64,000 bases of DNA from contig MCFH01000013.1 of NCBI GenBank assembly GCA_002104945.1, forward strand, positions 900,033 through 964,032, in the 5' to 3' direction. The notes beneath the pieces are model-generated. The model searched no databases, had not been told where the DNA came from, and saw only the letters and a program-made list of their open reading frames with translations. How positions within the stretch are numbered: position 1 is the stretch's first letter; the number at the start of each line of letters is the position of its first letter. The DNA comes from Piromyces finnis finn. Taxonomy: Eukaryota > Fungi > Neocallimastigomycota. A program made the translations under genes and the position numbers. Below, piece by piece: positions 19,001 through 30,200 of the stretch.

Positions 19001-22000
19001 AGATGGCTCAAGGTGCTAAGCCAGGTGAAGGTGGTGAATTACCAGGTCATAAGGTTTCTGAAAGTATTGGTAAGACTAGACATTCTACTCCAGGTGTCGG
19101 TCTTATTTCCCCACCACCTCATCATGATATTTATTCTATTGAAGATCTTAAGCAATTAATTTACGATTTAAAGTGTTCTAACCCAGAAGCTCGTGTTTCT
19201 GTTAAGTTAGTATCTGAAGTTGGTGTTGGTATTGTCGCTTCTGGTGTCGCTAAGGCCAAGGCTGATCATATCCTTATTTCTGGTCACGATGGTGGTACAG
19301 GTGCTTCTAGATTAACTGGTATTAAGTATGCTGGTCTTCCATGGGAATTAGGTCTTGCTGAAACCCATCAAACTTTAGTCTTAAACGATCTTAGAGGTCG
19401 TGTTGTTCTTCAAACCGATGGTCAAATCAAGACTGGTAGAGATGTTGCCATTGCTTGTTTATTAGGTGCTGAAGAATTTGGTTTCGCTACTGCTCCATTA
19501 ATTTCCATGGGTTGTACTATGATGCGTAAGTGTCACTTAAACTCTTGCCCAGTTGGTATTGCTACTCAAGATCCAGAACTTAGAAAGCGTTTCAAGGGTC
19601 AACCAGAACATGTCATTAACTTCTTCTACTATGTTGCCGAAGAATTAAGAGAAATTATGGCCAAGTTAGGTTTCCGTACCGTTAACGAAATGGTTGGTCG
19701 TTCTGATATGTTAAAGGTTAGTGATTCTCTTGTTAATCCAAAGGCTATGACTCTTGATTTAGCTCCAATTCTTACTCCAGCTCACACTTTACGTCCAGGT
19801 GTTCCAACTTACTGTGTTAGAAAGCAAGATCACACTCTTTGGAAGCGTTTAGATAACAAGGTTATTGAAGAAGTCAAGTACAAGAAGGAAAAGGGCAGAC
19901 CAATCGAAACTGTCATGGACTTTGATGTTGTCAATACTGATCGTGCTATTGGTACCACTGTATCTTACAACGTTTCTAAGGTCTATAAGGATGCTGGTCT
20001 TCCAGACGATACCATTCAATTTAACTTGAAGGGTTCTGCTGGTCAATCTCTTGGTGCTTTCTTAGCTAAGGGTGTTACCATTAAACTTGAAGGTGATTCT
20101 AACGATTACGTTGGTAAAGGTTTATCTGGTGGTCGTATTGTTATTTACCCACCAAAGTGCTCTACCTTCAATGCTGGTGAAAACATTATCGTAGGTAATG
20201 TTTGTTTATATGGTGCCACTAGTGGTGAAGCCTTCATTAATGGTGTTGCTGCTGAACGTTTCTGTGTACGTAACAGTGGTGCCATTGCTGTTGTTGAAGG
20301 TGTTGGTGATCACGGTTGTGAATACATGACTGGTGGTCGTTGTATTATCCTCGGTAGTGTTGGTCGTAACTTTGCTGCTGGTATGAGCGGTGGTATTGCT
20401 TACATTTACGATCCAGAAGGTCAATTCCCATCCAAGTGTAACATGGAACTTGTTGGTCTTGAAACCTTGGAAGAAGAAGAAGATATTGAATTCCTTAAGG
20501 AAACCATTACTAAGCATGTTGAATACACCAACTCTGAAAAGGGTAAGGCTTTATTAGATGACTGGGAAAACACTATAAATGACTTTGTTAAGGTTATGCC
20601 AATTGATTACAAGAAGATTCTTCAAGAAAAGAAGAATAAGAAGGTTGAAGGTGAAGAAGAAGCTGCTAAAAAAACTAATGAAAAGGAAATGGAAAAGAAC
20701 AAGGAAAAAGCTAATGAAGCTATTGTTGATATTGAAGATATTACTGGTGGTGTTAATGCTGAAGCCAAGAAGGATATTGAACACTTGGATAAGATTAAGG
20801 GATTCATGAAGTACAAGAAGGAAAAGGATCATTACCGTCCAGTTAAGCGTAGAATCAACGATTGGAAGGAAGTTTCCAAGCGTTTAGATCATGATTCTCT
20901 TAAGATCCAAGCTTCTCGTTGTATGGATTGTGGTATTCCATTCTGTCAATCTGACACTGGTTGTCCACTTGGTAACATTATTCCAAAGTTCAATGAATTA
21001 GTATTCAAGGAACAATGGAAGGAAGCTTTCCTTCGTTTAACCACTACTTCTAACTTCCCAGAATTTACTGGTAGAGTTTGTCCAGCTTTATGTGAAGGTG
21101 CCTGTTGCTTAGGTGCTCAAAGTGACCCAGTTTCCGTTAAGTCTATTGAAGCTGCTATCATTGACAAGGCTTGGGAAGAAGGTTGGATTGTTCCAACTCC
21201 ACCATCCGAACGTACTGGTAAGAGAATTGCCATTATTGGTTCTGGTCCATCTGGTTTAGCTGCTGCTGATCAATTAAACAAGGCTGGTCACTCTGTTATT
21301 GTTTATGAACGTAATGATCGTATTGGTGGTCTTTTAATGTACGGTATTCCAAACATGAAGTTAGATAAGGAAATTGTCCAAAGACGTGTTGACTTAATGG
21401 CTGCTGAAGGTGTTAAGTTCATCACTGATGCTCATGTTGGTAAGGATCTCGATGCCAGAACCTTACAAAAGGATAACGATGCCTTATTAATCTGTACTGG
21501 TTCTACCTGGCCAAGAGACTTAAAGATTAAGGGTCGTGAATTAAACGGTATCTACTACGCCATGGAATACTTGGAAAGAAACACTAAGAGTTTAATCAAT
21601 TCTCACTTTACTGATGGTAAGAACATTTCCGTTAAGGATATGAATGTTATTGTTATTGGTGGTGGTGATACTGGTAACGATTGTATTGGTTCTGCCATTC
21701 GTCAAGGTGCCAAGAGTGTCACTAACTTTGAACTTTTACCACAACCACCAAAGCAACGTGCTCCAGAAAACCCATGGCCACAATGGCCACGTGTATTCCG
21801 TGTCGATTACGGTCATGAAGAAGCTATTAGCAAGTACGGTAAGGATCCAAGAGAATACTGTATCATGTCTAAGGAATTTGTTGCCGCTCCAACTGGTAAC
21901 CGTATTGCTGGTATTAAGACTGTTCGTGTTGACTGGAAGAAGGACAGTAACGGTAAATGGGAAATGACTGAAGTTCCAAACTCTGAAAAGATCTTCCCAG

Positions 22001-22350
22001 CCGATATTGTCTTCCTTAGTATGGGTTTCTGTGGTCCAGAAGATACTATTACTAAGCAATTAGGTGTTCAACAAGATCGTCGTACTAACATTATTACTCC
22101 AAAGGATGGATTCCAAACCTCTATTCCAGGTGTCTTTGCTGCTGGTGATTGTCGTCGTGGTCAATCCTTAGTTGTTTGGGGTGTTAGTGAAGGTCGTCGT
22201 GCTGCTCGTGAAATTGATTTATACTTGATGGGTAATACTGTCTTACCAGTTACTGGTGGTATGACTAAACGTGCTCCATCTGATATTCAACTTCAAATTG
22301 AAGAAGCTCCACCAACCGCTAACCAAAACAACCACAACATGCACTCTTAA
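16054..22350 (+). CDS. GLT1: NADH-dependent glutamate synthase (GOGAT), eukaryotic fused alpha/beta type, 2098 aa, intronless
   Basis: Propeptide followed by the catalytic Cys32 (DSCGVGF); HSRFSTNT; KMAQGAKPGEGG (FMN); CTMMRKCHLNSC (3Fe-4S); GXGXG-repeat domain; CMDCGIPFC and GRVCPALCEGAC (4Fe-4S); GSGPSG and GGGDTG (FAD/NAD). Strong bias towards optimal codons. Confidence 0.99.
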   Translation: MMEYKEEGFQSWANALPEKQGLYDPENEKDSCGVGFVVSIKGERSNDILVKGKPLLVNMTHRGAVSADPRDGDGAGVMTGIPYEFFADDIKEKFKLELPPPGQYACGNIFFNPEQKALQESKEAFEGFASDLGLIVLCWRVVPTDNSMLGPSTLSKEPAILQPFVTLASTSDEASEFDMAHFEKQLYFLRKQTTHALSIKNWFYICSLSNKTIVYKGLFTPVQVYNYYRDLNAPNYLTHFALVHSRFSTNTFPSWDRAQPMRWCAHNGEINTLRGNKNWMRAREGVMKSATFGKKIEDIYPIIEVGGSDSAAFDNVLELLVINGALTMPEAIMLMIPEAISSDIEMEPYKRNFYRWASCLMEPWDGPALFTFSDGRYVGANLDRNGLRPCRYYITKDDIMICGSEVGAITTEPEEISSKGRLMPGRMLLVDTKEGKIIDDRELKKSICNKHDFGTWIENNMIKLESVVKYAKDNHYFKSNILDKTTFAQDPRAIAFGYTHEQVNMLFTPIFNEGKEALGSMGNDQPLACLSLQPRLPYDYFRELFAQVTNPPIDPIREEIIMSLDCAVGPEGNILEVTEDQCQRLFLPSPFISIDELSAIKDMDRMNPTWRVKTIDITYPKEEGIKGYIATLDRICDEVTQAINDGYKIAVLSDRNTSKKRIAISTLIAVGGVHHHLVRQKLRSRIALIAETAEAREVHHFCVLVGYGADGICPYLALEIMFKLHREGLVNEGVTCEKIVENYRDAVNHGILKVMSKMGISTLQSYKGAQIFEALGVDSSVVDRCFVGTASRIKGINFEILALDAIYLHDRAWPTRTTAKLRTLPESGDYHWRHGGENRINTPKAVAELQDAVRNKNSDAYKRYSETSQEAIKNCTLRGLLEFKKNTNSIPIEFVEPWTSIVKRFCTGAMSYGSISYEAHTTLALAMNRLGGKSNTGEGGEDPERFKKLENGDSLRSAIKQVASGRFGVTSHYLSESQELQIKMAQGAKPGEGGELPGHKVSESIGKTRHSTPGVGLISPPPHHDIYSIEDLKQLIYDLKCSNPEARVSVKLVSEVGVGIVASGVAKAKADHILISGHDGGTGASRLTGIKYAGLPWELGLAETHQTLVLNDLRGRVVLQTDGQIKTGRDVAIACLLGAEEFGFATAPLISMGCTMMRKCHLNSCPVGIATQDPELRKRFKGQPEHVINFFYYVAEELREIMAKLGFRTVNEMVGRSDMLKVSDSLVNPKAMTLDLAPILTPAHTLRPGVPTYCVRKQDHTLWKRLDNKVIEEVKYKKEKGRPIETVMDFDVVNTDRAIGTTVSYNVSKVYKDAGLPDDTIQFNLKGSAGQSLGAFLAKGVTIKLEGDSNDYVGKGLSGGRIVIYPPKCSTFNAGENIIVGNVCLYGATSGEAFINGVAAERFCVRNSGAIAVVEGVGDHGCEYMTGGRCIILGSVGRNFAAGMSGGIAYIYDPEGQFPSKCNMELVGLETLEEEEDIEFLKETITKHVEYTNSEKGKALLDDWENTINDFVKVMPIDYKKILQEKKNKKVEGEEEAAKKTNEKEMEKNKEKANEAIVDIEDITGGVNAEAKKDIEHLDKIKGFMKYKKEKDHYRPVKRRINDWKEVSKRLDHDSLKIQASRCMDCGIPFCQSDTGCPLGNIIPKFNELVFKEQWKEAFLRLTTTSNFPEFTGRVCPALCEGACCLGAQSDPVSVKSIEAAIIDKAWEEGWIVPTPPSERTGKRIAIIGSGPSGLAAADQLNKAGHSVIVYERNDRIGGLLMYGIPNMKLDKEIVQRRVDLMAAEGVKFITDAHVGKDLDARTLQKDNDALLICTGSTWPRDLKIKGRELNGIYYAMEYLERNTKSLINSHFTDGKNISVKDMNVIVIGGGDTGNDCIGSAIRQGAKSVTNFELLPQPPKQRAPENPWPQWPRVFRVDYGHEEAISKYGKDPREYCIMSKEFVAAPTGNRIAGIKTVRVDWKKDSNGKWEMTEVPNSEKIFPADIVFLSMGFCGPEDTITKQLGVQQDRRTNIITPKDGFQTSIPGVFAAGDCRRGQSLVVWGVSEGRRAAREIDLYLMGNTVLPVTGGMTKRAPSDIQLQIEEAPPTANQNNHNMHS

Positions 22351-23505
22351 AAAAAAGTGTAATCATTTTACTCCTCCTCCTCCTCCTCCTCCCTATCTCT
22401 CCTATCCTTAACAAAAGAATTATTCTTTTTTTTTTTTTTTTAAAAAAAAAACAAACACAAAAAGCAAAAATCAAACACAAAAATGCTTTTCAAGTATTAT
22501 ATATCCACTTTAAAAAATGTTTTAATGTTTATATACACTCACCCAAAGGGAAAACCAAGAAAGAAAAAAAAAACTACCTTCCAAAAAAAAAATAACCAAA
22601 ATTTCAAAATAAAAAAAAAGTAATTAATTGTATAATAATACCTTTTTAAAATAATACTATTAAATTTTATATCATAATAGAAGAAACAACTAAACAAAAC
22701 AAAAAATAGTTTTTTTTTATCAACAATCAAAATTATTTAAGAATTATTTATATTTATTTATTTTTTTTAAAAAAAAAATTTTTTTTAAAACTTTTTTTTA
22801 ATCATTAACTAATAATAGAAAAAGTAGGTAAACTTTTTATCATTAAAATATTATTATATTTTAGAAGAAAACAAATAGGTGTTTTCTCTCTTTTTTTTTA
22901 TTTTTAACTTTTATATTTTTTATTTACAGCTAAAATATTTATTATAATCAATGATTAAGGAAAAATAACACACACACACACCCATCCTTTTTTGATTTAT
23001 AAATATTTATAAAGTTAAATAATAATATAAATATATTTTTTTATTAAAAAAAAAAAAAAAAAAAAAAAAGCATTTAATAAATAAAAAAAAATATAAAATA
23101 TAAAAATTTAAAGATTTTTTTTTTTTTCTTTTTCATTAGAGTGTCAAAGATTAGAGATAAAATAATAATTGGATAAGGGAAAAAAAAAAAGTATTTTATA
23201 ATAAATAAAGGGAAAATGAACCGACTGGCCAGATCCAATTTCAAATAAATTAATACTACGCATCATTCTTTTTTTTTTTTTTAAAAAAGTTTTTCTTTTC
23301 TCGATTATTATTATTTGTTATGGAGGAGGAAGGTTGTGGAATTCATTGTATAGGTTAAAATTTATGAGGCATAAGTCTTTTGGTAAAAAAAAAAAGATTT
23401 TATTTTTAATTTTTTTTTTTTTTTAATATTTATTATATTTTAATCGTGTTATAATTATTTTATAAAAAAAAAGGTTTTTAAAGTTTTTTTTTTTAATTTT
23501 CTTCT

Positions 23506-23528
23506 TCTCGGCGGAAATACTCCCGAGA
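23506..23528. promoter_or_regulatory. Palindromic CGG-N11-CCG element (Zn2Cys6/Gal4-type site)
   Basis: TCTCGGCGGAAATACTCCCGAGA: CGG 23509-11, 11-nt spacer, CCG 23523-25, with TCTCGG/CCGAGA inverted arms. Confidence 0.35.
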
Positions 23529-23598
23529 TTCTTTATATTAATATAAAAAGTGAAAAAAAAAAAAAAAAGAATTGATTACGCTTAATAAATATGAATAT

Positions 23599-23664
<66 letters not shown>

Positions 23665-23711
23665 AATATCATTTTAATACATAGTTTTCTCAATAATATA
23701 CAAGGATTTGT

Positions 23712-23757
<46 letters not shown>

Positions 23758-23832
23758 CAAATCATCATGATAAATAATTACAGAAAAAAAAAAATCCATC
23801 ATCAATATACTTTGTATTTAACAATTTCTCCA

Positions 23833-23866
<34 letters not shown>

Positions 23867-24757
23867 GTAATAAATACTATAGTCCTTTTTTTTTTTTCTC
23901 TATTTAAAAAAAAGTCTGGATAAAAGTTTGGTAAAGAAAATATTCTTTTGGTATAACAAAAAAAATAGCAAGAAGGTTTAATTTACTAGATTATAATATA
24001 TATTTGATACATAATATGTTTGAAATTTTTTACATATTCAGTGTATCCTTTCTTTTTTTATTATTTTTCTATGATACCCTACTCTTTTTGATCTTGATAA
24101 AGTTAATTATTGTTGATAATAACTCTAATCATACTTGGAGGCATAATAATCATAAACATAATGGTAATAATAATAATTAATATCCTAATTTGAATATTTC
24201 ATTGTCTTATTAATTATTTTTCAGAATGCTTTGATTGAAATTTTTATAATAAAAGATTATTCAACTTTTATAATTCTACATATTAAATGTTTTTTTTTTT
24301 TTTTTAATAAAATTTGTATAATTATCAACTTTTTTTTACTTTTGAGTTTATAAAATTTAAATATTTTAGATCTATGATTATATACATCACTATTTATATG
24401 TATGAATTATTCTTGAGTGTATTAATAGTCAGTACTAATGGTTAAACTTTAGGATTTTTTTTTTTCAAAGTTGTTTTTTAAAAAATTCATTTGGAATTAT
24501 TTTGTATTTCAAGTATAAATCATGTTCTATTATCGAAAACTTGTGGGAAATTAATAGGTATAAAAAGTATTACATATTCGTTTTTAGTATTGTTTCTTTT
24601 CTTCTTTTACCAATGAATAATGATTAGAATTAAATATTGAAATGAATTTTTTTTACAATTTTTAATACTAATTTTTATATGATTTTAACCTTTTTTTTTT
24701 TTTAATTATTAAAATTTAAAAATTAAAGTTTAAAATTTTTTATATATATGGTACAGT

Positions 24758-24790
<33 letters not shown>

Positions 24791-24814
24791 ACTCCAACCC
24801 AAAATTGTTGAAAT

Positions 24815-25162
24815 ATGGCAGATGAAATTCGTAAAGATTCGTCACTAGATGATGATAGTAATATAGAAGAATTAGGCCATAAAATAGAAAACATAGCAAT
24901 AAAAGATACAATTGAAGATAATAAAGAAACATCAGTTAATTCGGTAACAGTACAAGATGATAACAATTTATTAAATAAATTAAAGAAATTTAATAATGTA
25001 ACTGAACTAAGAAAAGAAATGTCAAGATTAGGTTTAAGTTTAAAAGGAAATAAAGATGAATTAAAAAAAAGATATAAAAAATATATAAAAAAACAAGAAG
25101 AAAAAGAAAAGAATAAGTAAATTTTGATTATTTTCAACTATTTATTATTATTAATTAAATTA

Positions 25163-25195
<33 letters not shown>

Positions 25196-26464
25196 TTTTT
25201 TTTTTTTTTACTTTTATTTAATTCGAAATCCGTTTTAATACATTTAATAATAATACAATAATTATTAACACTATTATCTTTTATCTATTTTATTTTCTAT
25301 CTCTATAAATTCCTTTTTTTATTTTTTGAAAAAAAAAAAAAAAGGAATAAAGTATATCAAACACCACAACCTTTTAAATATTATTGTGTAATTGATTATG
25401 AAGCAACATGTGTAGAAGGTGGTGGCCTTGATTATCCAAATGAAATTATTGAATTTCCAGCAGTTTTAGTTAGAAGTTGGACAAATACCGTTGTATGTAT
25501 TTTAAAGAATTACAAAAATAATTTTTTTTTACTCACTATTTATTTTTAACTTTAATGTATTAATCACCACCATCTCTCTTTTTTTTTTTTTTTTTTTAAT
25601 TAAAATTTAAAAATATTAAAAAGGAAGATGAATTTCATGAATATGTTAAACCAATAAACGAACCCATATTAACACAATATTGTAAAGATTTAACGGGAAT
25701 AACACAAGTATGTATATCTATTATCTAATTGAATTGTAGTTTTAATTTGAAATTTCTCAAACCATATTATTATTATTTGTTTTATATTAAATCATTTTAT
25801 TTATTTTATACTCTATATATTTTTATATTATATTATACTATTACTATTACTATTACTATTACTATTACTATTACTATTACTATTACTATTACTATTACTA
25901 TTACTATTATTATTACTATTACTATTACTATTACTATTACTATTACTATTACTATTACTATTACTATTACTATTACTATTACTATTACTATTACCGATTA
26001 CTATTTTATTTTTTATTTTATTTTATTTATTTATTTATTTTTTTTTTTTGAAATTATCCTAGGAACAAGTAGATAAAGCAGACTATTTCCCAAAAGTATT
26101 AGAAAAATTTGAAAAATGGTTAAATTTATATTCAGAGTTTCCATATCAAAATGTATGTTTTGTTACCGATGGACCATGGGATATTCGTGACTTTATTCGT
26201 AAACAATGTATAATATCTCAGATAGAAAGACCCGTCTACTTTTATAAATGGAATAATTTACGAAAGACATTTAAATATTTTTATAAGCTAAGTAATCAAA
26301 AACGTCTTAATGAGATGTTAGAATATCTAGGTATGACTTTTGAAGGTCATGAACATTGTGGATTAGATGATACCCGTAATATAACAAGAATCGTTCAACG
26401 AATGTTGGATTCAAAATGTTTTTTTAAATATAATATAGAATATCCTTTATCAAAAAAACAATAG
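24815..26464 (+). CDS. ERI1: ERI1/3'hExo-like DEDDh 3'-5' exoribonuclease with an N-terminal SAP domain (4 exons)
   Basis: SAP motif ELRKEMSRLGLSLKGNKDELKKRY. Exo I YCVIDYEATC..EIIEFPAV (~25380-25490), EFHEYVKP..LTGITQ (25624-25708), VTDGPWD (Exo II) and GHEHCGLDDTRN (Exo III). GT-AG junctions keep the frame; stop at 26462-64. Confidence 0.95.
25837..25993. repeat. (ACTATT)n hexanucleotide repeat in ERI1 intron 3
   Basis: Direct reading; it produces the spurious ITITIT ORF. Confidence 0.95.
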
Positions 26465-27247
26465 GAAAAAAAAAAAAAAAAAATTCTTTTTTTATTAACA
26501 AAATGTCTTTTTTTTTTTTTTTTTCCATAGTAATATTTTGAATGATAAAGAATAATTATTACTACTAAAATAATGATAATAATGAAATAAAAGGAAGGAT
26601 AATAATGAAATATAAAAAAAATAATAATAAAATAAAAATAATTATGATTTTTTTTTTTTTTAAATATGATAACTATATTTTAATGGTACACTTTTATAAT
26701 TAGTTTGTGACGACATAGGTATTTAATTCAAAAGTAAAAAATGAAAAACCTATAGATTTATTTTTAAATAGTTAATATTATTTTATTAGTATTATTATTA
26801 TTATAATTATTAGTATAGTAGTTGTATATATTAAAAGGTTATTTATATAAAGGATATATTAATATTTTATGATTGTTATTATATTATTGATAATAGTTTG
26901 TTATATATATATATATATTAAAATTATTATTATTAGTTTATATAATAATAAAGATAATTATTATTATTATTATTATTATTTTGTTAAAATGATATTAAAA
27001 GATGAGATGTTGTATAGTTATATTATTTAGATAGATTATTTATATATAATTTTTTTTTTTTTTTTTTCTTTTTTTTCTTTTTTTTTTTTTATAAAGTATA
27101 TATAAAAAAAAGATAATAATAATAAAAAAGAATTTAAAAAAAAGAAAAAAATAATAATATGACTATAGTATTAAAATCAAAAAAATAGTATTTTTATTAT
27201 ATATTTTTTTTTTTTTTTTTTTAAAAAAACACTTCAATATAATTTGA

Positions 27248-30200
27248 TTATGAAATTGATCGTCTATTAGTGCTCACTACAGATATTCTAGAGGAAGGTG
27301 ATTTACAAACATTAATGGTGTTAGCTATTGGTGAAGAACGATTTATTATAGAAGAAGAGGAGGCTGATTCAATGTTTGACATAGAATGTGAAATATGTTT
27401 TAATTTTGAGATATCAGTATAATATGATTCTTTACTTAATTTTAATCCAATTTCTGTATTTGTTGACATTGAAGTGAAGGAACTATGCTTTTTTCCATCA
27501 AGTTTTAACTCTGTTTTAGCTTCATTTGCATATTCACCCTCAGAAGGAATTGGTGGAAGTCCTTTATTTGCATTAGATATTTTTTTTATATTGTCATTTT
27601 TGTTTTGGGCTTTACTTTGATGACTTTGACTTTGCTTCTTAGTAAAGATTTTACTACCAGATTCTAAAATTAATGACATGGTCTTCTTAATTCCAGACTT
27701 TTTAGAATGAACCTTTATAATTTTTGGTTCTTTACGACCTCCGGTAATAGTAGCTATTTTTTCCTTTGGCTTACTTTCTGGTATAATTTTATATTTATTA
27801 TCCTCACTTTTACTTGCACTGATGTTACTCAAATTACTAAGATTAGAATATCTACGAATAACTCTAACTTCTTCACCAATTAGAGGACTTGTTCTGGAAC
27901 TCATATATGGACTAGTTCTAGAACTCATATATGGACTGGTTCTAGTGCTCATATATGGACTGGTTTTAGAGGCCATGTATGGACTAGTTTTTGTACCATA
28001 AATTGGTGTACTATTCGTTCTGATAGCTTTCTTTATAATACGATGTGGTGGTGGAAGAGATTTATCAATTATTATATGACTATGACTGTGACTATCAATA
28101 CTAATTGGATTTGAATTAATTGATGAAAAACTAGTATTTACAAAATCGCTTCTACTTCTAATACTAATACGTTCAGATTTACGATCTTTTTCACGATCGT
28201 AAAATTCATCAATACTACTACGAATTGAACCGAGATAACTAGTATTATCAACTTCTTCATGGTTAATGTAATAGTTTATATTACTATCTGATTGATCATC
28301 ATTTGTTCCAACAATAGAACTGATATAACTGTGTTCAATAGGTCTGTAGCTTTCTCTTTCAGAATTAAAATCAGCATCAGCTTCATTTGAATTAACAGAT
28401 ATAATAGTATTGGCTATTTTTCCATTGTCGGTTAATTCATTTTTAATATTTTCAATGTGGAATGAAAAATTATCATAGATAAATGAATCAAAATTGCATT
28501 CACTGTATCTGTTATACTTATTGTTTCTTGAAATTATACTTTGATTATCAAGATGATAGGTTGATATTGATGAATAACGTCTATTTTCAATATCAAGCAT
28601 CTTTTTAGCATATGCTTCTGGATTATATTTTACATAAACAACATTTCCTTCTTTATTTGATAATTCTGTTTGGTTATCTTGATCAATTTCTTCATACTGT
28701 TCAAGTTGTTCAGGTTGTTGCTTATATTGATCAATTTCTTCATACTGTTCAAGTTGTTCAGGTTGTTGTTTATATTGATCAATTTCTTCATATTGTTCAA
28801 GTTGTACAGGTTGTGGTTCATATTGATCAATTTCTTCATACTGTTCAAGTTGTTCAGGTTGTTTATCTTGATCAATTTCTTCATATTGTTCAAGTTGTAC
28901 AGATTGTGGTTCATATTGATCAATTTTTTCGTATTGTTCAAGTTGTTCAAGCTGTTCAATTTGATTATAATGTTCATATTGCTCAGTTTGTTCATGTTCA
29001 GTTTTTTCATATTCAGTCATTTCACCATTTTCTTCGACCTTTTTATCATTATTTTGAATAGAGTTTTCATATTTAGTACATTCAGTTTGCTTACTTTGCT
29101 CATATGATTCAGAATATTCAGAATGCTCAGTTTGTTGAGATTGTTTAAATTCATATTTTTCATGATCATAATAATTAGTTTTTTCAGTTTGGATAAATTC
29201 ATTATCTCCGAATTTAAATTGCTCATTTTCAGGTTCCTTAGCTTTATATTGCTTAGATGGCTCATCTTCAGATTCATTTATATATTCATTGATTACACTT
29301 TCATTAAAATGGTGAGTATCAATAATATTGATATCTTTATCCTTATCATCATGTATATTATTATTTATATTTTGGATATTTTCTAATTCATCACCACTAT
29401 TTTGTTCTCTGTTTAAATCCTCATTTTCTGTATGTAAGACATCTATTTTTTCTTCATTTTCATTTATTTCATTCTTCTGGATAGTTTGCCTATCTTCTTC
29501 ATTATCAGAATACTTTATTACTGAGCTACTTTTATTAATAGAAAAAGATGTATCTTCTGAATTGCTTATAGTACTAATATTATTTAACTTACTCTTATCT
29601 TTTGTATAATTATTAAAATTATTATTATTATTATTAGTATGATTTATGATATTAAATCTAAAACTGCTACTATAGCTTCTGCTACGATTAATAAGACCCT
29701 TGTCATTATTATTACAGTTTTTATTAGATATACTATTACTTCTGAAAGATTTTTTGTTATTATCACCCAAATGTTGATAATCATTAGAGAATCTATTATT
29801 ATTTGATTTCTTTTTAAAGAAATTAGAAAATCCTGAACGTCTTTTGTTATAATAGGAACCATTATCTGTTACTTGTGATGATGCTGATGACGCTATGGAT
29901 AGATTATTGCTATTATATACAATAGGGAAGCTACTACTCATATATCCATAATTTATATTAGGATCAAAGCATCCACTATTTCTATTTAAACTATCATTTC
30001 TGAAAATATCATTTGAATAATTTTTTCTTGTATTATCGTAAGAAAAACTATGATTAATGATTCCATCATAATTATTAGAGTTTTGATATTCATTAGTACA
30101 ACTATTACTACGAGGTATTGGATCAAAGCCATACATTGTGTTTATTGTAGGTTGACTATTAGGATAAAGATATTGATTTGGAATATTACTTCTAACATTT

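Noticed and set aside
17229-22059. Alternative-frame and antisense ORFs inside GLT1
   Set aside because: They are shadows of strong codon bias (few off-frame stops) and contain no recognisable motifs.
16054-22350. GC-rich island suggesting horizontal transfer
   Set aside because: The composition is explained by optimal-codon use in a highly expressed gene, and the fused architecture is the eukaryotic type; only a phylogeny could revive the idea.
28612-29107. Repetitive overlapping ORFs on both strands
   Set aside because: By-products of the QLEQYEEIDQ minisatellite; the spaced units are not CRISPR repeats because they lack unique spacers and lie in a coding frame.
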